This document shows positions 1-12,000 of a stretch of 64,000 nucleotides of DNA, in pieces; the first letter of the stretch is position 1, and each line of letters starts with the position of its first letter. This stretch comes from a virus. A model generated the notes under the pieces. It made no database searches, was not told where the DNA came from, and saw nothing but the letters and a program-made list of their open reading frames with translations. The position numbers and the translations under genes are program-made. The stretch lies in IMG/VR virus record IMGVR_UViG_3300030085_001980; one strand, given 5' to 3'.

Positions 1-3000
1 ACCGTCACCTGGGATAACGAAATCAGGATAACGATTTCTCAGGCGACCAACTGCCTCTTCAGCAATCCAGTTGATGTTCTTACGAATAACCTCAGCACAA
101 TCTCTGAATGCCTGACGACCCAGGTCAACACCTTCAGTAGTCAGTTCAGATCTCCAGAGTTCTACCTCATCAGCAGTTGCAGAAGAAATGGTATGTGTTA
201 CATACGTAGCGTAGATTGCGTCAGTCTCCATTGCAAACGGTGCTTCACCGTCAAGTGCGAAGGAGGTGTTATCGTCGTCTACGAAGACAGTGGGGGGAGT
301 AAACGTAGAAGAGTACGTCGCGATTCCTTTACGGATAATAACGTTCTCCATCCAACCACCGAACGGACTTGCGTTGTTCCAAGCAGCACCAACTTTGATT
401 ACCTTATCAACACTATAGTCATTAGCGTCAGTGTAGTCGCTACCAACTTGTTGACCACCAACAAACAGTTTGGTTACGTTAGTTGCGCGAGTAAGTGCAA
501 TGTGATACCAGGTGTTAGCACCTTGATTAAGTGCTGAAGTACCAATGATAACGTCAGCACCTGCGATCGCTAATCTTACACTGTCATTCTGCAGTATCAA
601 GGTAAGTTGAGAATCAGATCCACTCGAACGGAAGTCGAAGAGAGTCTGTGTTCCAGTCAGTGATGTGGGACGAATCCACAGTTCCAGGGTGTAGTCTCCA
701 GTACCAAACGTTACGCGATCGGAGGTAGGGTAGGAAACATAAGAACTGGTACCAGAGAATTTCAGTGAAGCGTTGCCAGAAGCATATGTCAATGCATCCT
801 GGGTAACGTTAGATCTAGTCAGTTTGGAGTTTGTAATATACTCATTTGCCTGCAAGGTGCCAGTAATGTCCTTGGAGTAGATCCACTTGTTACCAGCATT
901 AGAACCGATAACGTCATAGGTTGCACCAGAGGTAATAGCGGTAATAACATCACCAAAGGCGAAGAATCCACCAGAGGACTTATCCTTATATGCGTGCTTG
1001 GTGCAGCGAAGTGTCTCACCATCTTGGAACGCATATGCTGGTTCGATACGAGGTACGTTACCGATAGCCCACTGATAAGTAGCGGGGTTTGCAGCAGTAG
1101 GATCCTGAAGAGTATCGGTGATAATCTTCATAAAGTTGGTGATAGCAGACACCTGGTTGACACAACCATTGGCGTAACCATCCAGAGCAGTTGTAGGAAC
1201 AGTTCTGGTGTAGGTTGCTTCAAAGTTTGCCAGAGTACCAGGAGATGCAGTAGTGCCAAGTGCGCCAGTAGCAATACCCATCAGGGTAGTGATAGAAGAA
1301 GCAACAGCAATACAAACAGGTGAAGTAGTATCAGCAGTGATTGTGTTGTCAGTTACCTGAACCCAATCGTGTGCGCCTTGCTTAACTATTGCATTGTTTC
1401 TCATCACTTCGATCGCCAGATCGCGTGCCTTGTTGAATGCAGTTACTGTGTCATCTTCATAACCAGCAACGTGAGCACCAACCATATACTTCCTGGTTGC
1501 ATCGTAAACAAAGTTGTTACCACCGTGTGCCAGGTTGTAAGTCATTGCTTCCAGCATATCCACGATGTCAGACAAGCAGTTGTTGTCTCCACCAGGTACG
1601 GTCAAGGAAGGATTGACAGTCTTAGCGTGATGAAGTGCTTCGTGAGCAATAAACCACTTGTTAGCAAGGATCAATGTACGAGCATCAGCGTGACTGTTAT
1701 CTACAACCGCGAACTCTTGAGTGATTTGGTTGTCGATATACTGCGTACGGGTAGTCCACAGTGGAGTATGTGCAATGTTTCTGATTGCTTTAATTGCAAG
1801 GTCACGTGCTTGATTGAAAGCATATACAGTCTGGTTTAGAGCACCATCCAGGTGATAAACCGAATTGCCCTGTACGTAAGTTGCTGCAGCATCCCAAACT
1901 TCAGAGTTGCCATCATATTCCAGTTGATATGCAACAACATTCAGGATGTCAACAATATCATCCTCACAATCACGGTCACCACCAACGGATTGAACCACGA
2001 ATGCAGGGTAGAAGTCCTTCATAATGCCCACTGCTTCTTCAGCAATGAAACGTGCATTCTTACGAATCAGATTAGCAGCATCATATGAACGCTGATCGTC
2101 TACACCTCTGAGAGAAGAGTTATTGAAGTAGATCTTCTTGTTGCGGATGTAGTCACCAGCAGCAAACTGGGAACCTGCCAGGTAGTTATAACGGATTTCC
2201 TGGTTTCTAACCTCTTCAAAGTCGAGGAAGTCTTGGTTGTTTGCAGTTTCACCATCGTACAACTCGGTCGGATTGATGACAGTCTCCGAAATATTGTCGA
2301 GAATGACGTTCGGATACGTGATAGAAGGAACACGCTGGAATACCAGACCAAAGAAAGTGGACGGAGGAGACAAATCGACCGTATCAATGATTTGCTGACT
2401 GACAGAATCCTGATAAGGAGCAATAGCTGACACAGTTGCAGCGATATTTGATCTAGCAGAGTAGATAATATCGTTGAACTTGAGTGCAAAATCACCAGTT
2501 TCGTATGCAGCAGTACCAGAAGTACGTGAAACGAGCAGTTCGTTACTGATTACGCCATTATTGAGGTTATTTTCTTCAATAACAGCAAAATTACCTGCCA
2601 AGTTTTTGATTGTTTCACCTTGTTCAAAGATGGTTTTGCTTGTCAGGTTAGTAACAGCACTCAAAACACCATCAAATCCAGTAGCAGAAGACAGAACATT
2701 GTCATTAATAGCAAATGTGCCTTCAATATTGACCACATCAATGTAATCAGTACCAGAATCAATGACAGTTGCAGTGCCTTCATTCTGCAAAGAACGTACA
2801 ATCTTACCAGCGGGGGGGAAGATGCCTGCAGTTGTGCTAAATGTATAGCGAGTAATCGCCATTTGGGTGTACGTTACCGTACGGAACTTGATTCTAGAAG
2901 GTGCTCTAGGGGGTTCATCAAACACAATGCTGGGTCCAGCAGTTGTAAATGACGTTCCAGGTGCCTGTGCAACACCGTTAATCAGAATAAGCATCTGATC

Positions 3001-6000
3001 ATCAGTTGCAGTAACAGATTCGCCTTCAACAGTCAGAGGGAACTGGGTCTTAATACCATTGAAATCGCTATCAATGTTATCCAGTTTCTTAACAATAGAG
3101 GTCAAAATTTCCTCAGAGTTAGTCAGACGCTTCTGTCTGAACAGAACTTCGGTATTGTTGAACTCAGTGTAGATCGGTTGTGCGTTAGCAAACGAGGTGA
3201 TCTTGTTAATATCAGTAGAACTGAAGATGTTGACCTCTTTAACAAGGTCAGAAATGACTTTACGTCCAGAAATATCCTTACCACCACTAAGTGAAAGTTC
3301 ACCGAACATATTGAAACCAACAGGGTGGTTAGTTTCGAGCAGTGAAGTTCTCCAATCGTTGATAGGAGTCTGAGACTTGACGACGTACGAGAAGTTCTGA
3401 TAGAAGTAGGAGTCTTGAAGCTTCTGGACAATCTCAGAAGGCTTACCCACGTCATCGATAAATTGACCAGTTGTGGTGGTCATAGAGTCGATATTCAACG
3501 TACCACGTGCGATTGAGAGGTTATCGATCAAACCAGATGCACGAGAGACCTGACCAGTAACTCTTTCACCAGGAGTCCAGGTTCCATCATAGTTTTCCAG
3601 TTTCAGGATACGAGGACCAATCTGCCAACCTTCGTTATTAGAAACGTAACCAGTTGCAGTTGCAGTTTCAATACTATTACCTTGATAGACCAGTTCGCCC
3701 TTCAGGAAGCGTGAGGTCTCAACGATTGCTTCAGCAACACCACCAAACACTTCAGTAAGAAGGATTTGACGACCTTCACCCTGCGTCAAGAATGTAATGA
3801 AGTTACCAGACTCAGCATCAACCTGAGTCAGTGCAATTCTCAACTGATCAGGTTCCAGAGAGTTTGCAGAACCTGCAATAGCATAGTACGTAGTGTTTGC
3901 ATTCAAACTGACCAAACCAGCAGAACTCGGTTTCGGCAGAATACCAACCGTAGAACCAAGATCTTCTGCTCTCAACTGAACAGCAGCACCAGTCGTGATA
4001 CCGTGCGGGAAGTTGAACTGCAGATAACCCAAGTCGAGGTTAACAACGTAGTTGAATTCGGACTTCAGGGTGACAGTCGGTTCAGAAGAGTAACCAGAAC
4101 CAGGGTTCTTGATGATAACTTCAGAAAGTCTGTTGTTCTTGACGATTGCTTCTGCTTCAGCACCAGTACCGCCACCACCTTCAATCACAACTCTAGGAAC
4201 AGAGGTGTAACCAGAACCAGGATCAGTGATCTTGATCTCTGACAAAATAGCGGTGTTAAACAGCTGGAGGTTTACAGGGAATGTAATTTCGGGTCTCAGA
4301 GTATAATCGTGAGAATAACCGAAACCAAATTCGTTGTTCTTCAGTTTCTTAATCTTACCGATGCTCTTACCTTGCAGGAAGACAGCAGCGCCTGAACCTT
4401 CATCAGGGATAACAACCTCAAGTGCTGCACCAGAACCAGCAAGCAGAGGTCCAAGGATGCCAGGAATAGCATCAACATCAATAGATGCAGTCTTATATCC
4501 TTTACCAGCAGATGTCAGAACGACATTTGTAATAGTTCCAAGCAATTCACCATCATCAGCAACTGTGATGTTACACAGAGCACCTTCACCGTCGCCCTCA
4601 ATAGGTACGTTGTAGTAGATGCCATTTACATATTCAGTACCGCCAGATGTGATACGGATTTTTTCAATCTCTCTATTGGATGCAATATCGGTAACGATAG
4701 GCAGTTTCTGATAGAATCCACCTGGGTTAACCAGTTTGATGTCAGAGATAGGTCCGATTGCCTTAGTAGAAGTCGTAGAGTACGACGCTCTGGTAAGACC
4801 CGTTTCAGTTTGACCCAAAGGTGCAGTGGATTTCTCAGGTTCGCTGCTCAACTCGAAGTTGAATTGAGTATCACTGAGGATTTCATTAATAGTGTACGTT
4901 CCCTTATATGGAGTCTGGATAACGTCAATAAACGAATCATCGCTAACAGGTGAGTTATCAGGGCTAGTTCTGGAAGGATCGAAGTAGTAGGAGATGTTAG
5001 TAACATCTTCGTTAACGATAAACTTGACCAGAGGTTTAGGTGATGTCTGATCAGTCAGTCCAGGAATACCTTCTCTAACAATGTTAACGAACGGATATTC
5101 CAGTTTGTACTGGTTATCCTTCGAGAAGGACATAAAGTATCCAAGGTTAGAAACATCATCCAAGTCAAAGATATATTGATGACCACGTACAAACAGAAGT
5201 TTGGGGTGCTTAGCGTAGATGTTTACACTACCAATAGTATTTTGTAAGAATGCAGGATCCTGTACAGCAACAGATCTCAATTTGTACGTAAACTCTCTAC
5301 TATTAAAGATTTCTTGAACAAAGAATGATCCAGCGTACTCATTTGTTGAGAATCCTTCAACAAAGATGATTTCATTGACTTCAAAGTTGTTCTTACTGCT
5401 AGAGGCACAGTAAACAAGATCAGTGTATGACAAAGCACCACTAGGAATAACATCCTTATCAAGATTAGATGTCAAGGTAAACTTCTTAACACCAACCAGA
5501 CCAGCAAATGTCGCAATCTTGTGGGTAGCATCAAATGTCAATACGAGACCAACAGCGGCAGCATCAATCGTGTCACCCTTAATATAAACAGAATCTGCGT
5601 AGATCTCATCAATTTTAATGATGTAGTCAGTAGGACTAAACTCTTTCCAAGTTGCATACTGTGCAAGAATGCCACCAGCATACGCAGTGTTATTGATGTC
5701 TACATCAAAGGAACCAGCAATTCTAGTAAACACCCAGTTAACAGAACCGTCAGAAACCGTACCTACATTGTGAGTAGGTGCAGTTACTCCAGACGTACCA
5801 GTGCTAGATGCGGTGTAGATCTTACCATCGTTATAAACCTCATCACCAGTGGTGTATGGGTTGTTATCACCCCACTGAGGAATTGTTGTTTCTACAGTAA
5901 AGACCTGTGCAATCGTATTTTCATCGTTTGCAGTAGACTTCAGTTTTTTCTGGGTATCAAAGTTACCAATGATCTTACCGATTTTTACAGAGTTAGTGCC

Positions 6001-9000
6001 AACTTCAACGATGGTTCCATATGCGTTAACAACATCTTGACCGCCAATGGTTTGATATTGTTGCAGGATAGAACCCTTAGTAAACGTTGCAGGTTGATTA
6101 AACGTTACTGTCTTAACAGCATCGATGCTGGTGTACAGAGCGTCTCTCAGATAGAACTTGGGAATAACTTTAGTATCCAAAAGCAATTTCTTACCCAACG
6201 GAGTGGGAACAGTTGCAGTTCTAGTCTCATAAGTCTGCTCAACAGAAGAGAACGAGAAGATACCCTCTACGTTATTGGATACAACATCGCCGTAGTCGAG
6301 GATTTGGATACCAGCAGGTCCAAGTTCCCAATCAGCAGCAGTGAGAACTTGTGACTGATAAGTGAAATCGTTGATTGTAGATGCAACGATAACCGACATA
6401 CCTTGCTCAACAGTGTTGAGTGCATACGTGCCAGTCTTAGTTTGTTCTCTATCGAGTTTGAAAGTGAATGCGGATACTTCCTTGTTGGAACCAGTTGCTT
6501 GTCCAGGAGTAAAGGTGTCGTCATACTTAACCACCTGAGAGATTGATACGTTATCAACCCAACCACCAAGAGAGGTTGTAACAACGGGTGAAGCAACACC
6601 CAGCATACGTACCTTCTCAAGATTGGTATCGACAGTCGTACTTGTGATGCTGATTTCTTCGTTACCAGCAACATATACCTTATAAACGTAGTTACCAACG
6701 CTAGGAGAGGACTTAACGAAAGCAACGTGTACAAATCCTTGGTTGTTAAACGCTGTCCACATAGCAGTGCTTGCGGAGTAGTACGTATTTGCACCCAACT
6801 CCAATACCAACTTACCAAAGTTGGGACTTGTGGAATCACCATCAACACTCAAAGTTGCATTGGTACCTGTGTTAGGAATAACTTGGAACAGGAGTGGTTT
6901 AGATGCTTGTGCATTGTATTGAGTGGTGCCAATAGCCATCCAAGCTTCGCAAGTCCAATCAGTTGCAACATCAGCAGATCCATAATCAAGCAGGACTGTA
7001 TTTGCAGCAGCAGTTGTTGATGCAGATTGAGCACCATACTTGAACTTAGAAGCGTCTAAGGTGGGAGCAGTACCCCAAGTAACTGTCAGATCATTGTTAT
7101 AAGTCGAATCTGCGCTATCGGTAGTCTCGAAATCAAGGATAGCGATTTCGTTAGTTTCGATCTTGTTACCAACAATGATGGTATCACCAGAGTTATCATT
7201 TGTAATAGATGTTGGTTTGAATCCAATACCCTGATCTTGCTTAACATAAGCAGCAGTCAGTACGTTGTTGGTGTTCCAAGAGACCTTGAAGATAACCGCA
7301 CGGTGATCATTATATGAATACTTAACATATGCACCGACATCAATGTTACCAAAAATATCGAACTTGCAACCAGTCGAGTGAATATCATCAAAAGTTGCAC
7401 CAGTTGGAGCAATAATCTTAGCAACTGAAGGAGTCTTGAGATCATCAGGACTAAACTTCATATAGAGAATACCGACTCTGTTACCACTAGAAACGTTGGT
7501 AGCAGTAGCAGTTACATATCTAGATCCATAATCATCCTGAGTCATCTTAGGATTGGTGAATCTATATGCAGCATTTCCAAATTGACGACTCCACTGAACC
7601 TCAATAGTTGCAGTATCGTAGTACGTTTCACCAATAATGATATTACCAACACCAGCAGGGTCACTTTCACCAACAAATACAGTCTTATCATTACCGATGT
7701 AATGAAGATCAGTTAGTTTCTCAGTGCCACTTGCAGAACAAATCTTACGCTTCTCTTTTACAGAACCATCAAGGTTCAGCAAACCGATCCACATATCATC
7801 TGGACTCGGTGAGTTGGTATCAGTAGTACCACCAACATAAATCTGACCGTCTTCGTCAATAGTGACAGAAGAGATATAGTCACGACGAGTAGCACCAGAA
7901 ATACCAGCAATCTCACGCTGCCATACAGGAACAGCAGTAGGATTGTTCAGACCATCAAAACCAGACCTATACTTAGCAACAACCAAGTCGGGGTTGTGAG
8001 TCAGGTTGGTAGAGTTTGGAATAGTCTCACCAACTACGTAGATATTGTGGGGAGTTGAGTTCTCAATGTAGATTCTATTGAAGATGCACTTCTTATCACC
8101 TGTGGCAGGTGCCAGAGGCAGCATAGTACGTGTCCAAAGCAGTCTTCCATCACTGTTGAACTTGGCAATCAGACCACCAGAGTCTCCACTTACATCATCA
8201 GCGTGACCAACAACATAGAATGTACGGTCATCTGCAATAGCGACATCAACAATCTTACAAACTCTATTTTCGCCACTGCTATTTTCTTTCAGGACTGAGA
8301 GAGCATATTGTGCTTTCTTAAATCTCTGTGGGTGTGAAACACGAATTTCTGGGGCTTCATTTTCGTCATATCCAGAACCAGAGTTGATGATATTGACTTT
8401 CTTAACAGCACCAGATTCTTCTCTCGTAATAGAGAGTGCAAAGTCCTGACCAGAACCACTAACAACCTGGTAAGTCGGAGGAATATCTTCAGAATAACCA
8501 AGACCTTCTTGAGAAACCGTTACTCTCTCCACACCAGAGACGACTTTAACTCTGTACGTCTTATTGGTTTGATCGATAATAGGAATACTATCAACGATAA
8601 TTTCATCACCAGCTCTCAGATCGTGCTCATCAACTGTAGTGATTCTGCCGTAAGGGAGATCATCAATGATGGATGAAGTATATCCAGTGATGTCAATACC
8701 TTTAACAGAATTGACCTTTGCAGATGCACCATAACCACCAGTGCCTTCATCATCAAAGTACAGTTTGTCATTGACTTTATAAGATCTACCAGCATTCTCA
8801 ACCACAAATCCACTAATTTGAGCATCCTCAAACTTAGTAGTAGTGTCAATTTCAATATCAACCTGAGATCTAGTAGAGACACGAGGGTAGTAATCGAAGA
8901 GTTGCAGCACAGGTTCTTCTGAAATCTCAATCATCGCATCGATTTCAGTCTGCTGAATAACTCCGTCTCTATTACTATCTTCGATCTCGAAGATGAAAGT

Positions 9001-12000
9001 ATCACCAAACTCAGTTACAAGAGTATCGGTATCTGCATTAGGTTGACGATCAATGTCAATATCAACATCTTGATATGGATCACGGAAACGAACAACATCA
9101 CCAGGAATGTTTGTTTGTACTGCATCCTGTGAATAGTTCCACTTATCAGGTGTGGAATACAGTTGAGGACCACAAACGTACGGGAAGACAGGAAGACCTG
9201 CTTCTGATGCATCAATAGCAACAAAATAAGCGTAAACACCTTCAGGGTATTCTGGTGTCTTACAATATCTACCATTATACTGGTCAAGATCACCCTGCTG
9301 GAAGACGTACTCGTAGTCTTCAATAAATGAACCAGCTGGTTCAGCTGTTAGCAGAGGACCGTCAGCACGGACAGGGTTGGGGTTGGTATCTTGATCGTAC
9401 AGAAGAACTGGTTTGATTCTGTAAGAAGATACAACTCTCTTGATACCAGAAGACTGGTCAGCAGCATCAATGTAACCATAAGGACCATAGATGGGGTTAC
9501 CATCATATGCCCAACCAATGATTGGAGAGTGTCTGAGACCTGTCTCAAGTTCTCTCAGATTACCAGTTGCAGGATCACGGAAAACATTATCACCAAGAAC
9601 ATACCTAAGTTGCTTGGGATCTGAGAGGTGAGCATACTCACCACCATACTGAGTGTTAAAACCAGCGAACACATAACCACGGGAGGGATCGAAGAGACCA
9701 TCCAGTTCTGTCTGAAGGTTCTTAGTCCACTCAAATACATTTGCGTTGAACACAGCATTCTCACCAATCGCCTCAAGACGAATAGTGGTAGTACCAGTTG
9801 CATAACCAACACCACGGTTTTCAACGGTAACACCGAGAACTTTACCAGCGTCCTCACCAAACTGACCGATAATTGCTTTACCGACAGCACCATAACCTTC
9901 GCCGTTGATAACAACTCTTGGGGGAGAAGTGTATCCGTTACCAGAAGCAATAATAGCGATGGATACAATACGACCATTAATGATGATCGGTTGTGCAACC
10001 GCACCTTCACCAGAGTTCAGTTTGATGTCAGGGGAAGATGTATATCCAGAACCAGATGAAGTAATAGCAATACTTTGAATAGGACCACGTACTTCTGCAG
10101 TTGCAGTTGCACCAGTACCATTACCACCAGAGATAGACACTGTGGGAGAAGAGGTGTATCCCTCACCAGGTGTCTCAACAAGAATCTTACTTACAACACC
10201 ATTGGTAATAACTGCGGTTGCAGTAGCGCCGAAACCGCCGCCACCAACAATAGATACCAGAGGTTGTGTGGTGTATCCTGTACCACCATTAGTAACGTCA
10301 ACAGAGAACAGAGAACCATTAACTGTTACATCTGCAGAAGCACCAGACCCTTCACCACCTGTGATTTCAATGAGTGGTTTATTTGCAGCGTCATAACCAG
10401 TACCAGCATTAGCAATATCGATACTGGTAACACCACCAAATTTAACTTTGGTTTGTGACTTATAAGACCAGGCAGCAACACCGTTAACCCAAGCACCGAT
10501 AGGACCGAAGTTAATATCTTCACGACGAGAGACCGTCTCAACATTCAGAGGGAAACGAGACAGTTTACGCTGGTTACCAGGAAGAAGTGCAGATCCAATA
10601 AACGGACCAACCTTATAGTTGGGAATACCAGTTGTTGCAATATAAGCGTAATCGCTATTAAAGAATGTGTTCTGTACGTTAGTAGTATAATCTTCAATAG
10701 AAGCATTAATACTTTCTACATCAGACTTACCCTTATTCAAGTCAACAGACATCAGGATATTACCCTGAGGTGCGTTAGGAGCAGGAGCAGCAATCTGATA
10801 TGAGAAAATAGTGTCGCTAATACGTGAAGTGACAGCGAACGTACCATTAAAGATCGTTGGGTTTGCACCGTAGATAGTTACGGAGTCACCAACAAGCAAA
10901 CCGTGATTATTTGTTGTATATACAGTTGCAGTTTGATTATTCAGACCACCAGGTTGGATTTCATTAACCTGAATCAGTTTTTTGACGTTATACAACCAAG
11001 AAGTGACCTTTTCATCTGTAGAAGATGAACCAAGAGACGCAACATTCAGTTTATCTGTGGGTAGGTAGTAAGAACCAGTATCATTCAGGACAGTACCAGT
11101 TGCCTCGGCAATACCAAGAATACGCATCTTGACTTCGGTATCAAGATTACGGTTGATATAAACAAAGATGTCAGATTGAATTTCGGAACCAGCATCCCAA
11201 TCTTCAACAACACCGTTCTTAGAACGAGTACACTCGATGAACTGGTTAAGGGATTTCTCTTTATATTGTACGTACTCTTCATCACCGAGGATGATTAGAC
11301 CATTTCTTTCTGGCCAACCAATGGTAGAGTCAACAGTGATGATTGAATCTGTTTGGTTAACTGGTTCTACGAGAGTCGTCTTATAGGGAATCGTGAACTT
11401 ACCCTCAAGAGTTTCCTCGGAAATGGACAGTTCGTAGATAGTTCCTACACCAGTGTTGATAGCAATAACGTTTTCAACCAGGCAGGTTGCGTTTCTAACA
11501 TTAGTATCAACAGCATCCGCGTACTGGAACAACTGTGAGTCAATGATATTGCGGGGATCACCGCTAATCAGTTCAACACGAAGAATCGTCTCAACGCTCC
11601 AAGTTGCGTCAGACGGTTTGATGAGTTCGTCTTTAGGATATGATACGTCAACATCTTCGGAGAACAGGATCTTGAAGAGATACTCTGTTGCAATCTTCGT
11701 ACCCTTGGAGAGGTAGAAGTCTTTAATGGTCTTGATGATCTGCGGAGCATTGACTTTTTTATAGTCAATCGGCGCATTAGGCAAGAATTGATTTACAAAA
11801 CGCTCATACAGGGTACGTGCAAAGAGTGCATCGAGGTTTTCGATGACTGTACCTGCCTCGTGAGAGGATTGGATGCTATCAACTTCCTGAGTGAATACTT
11901 GGTTACCTCTGATGTCGTAGTTAGCAACACCAGATACACCACGCTTACAATTCTTAAATTGTGAAGGCTTATAGTTCTCGCCGTGAGAATGCAGGGTAAA

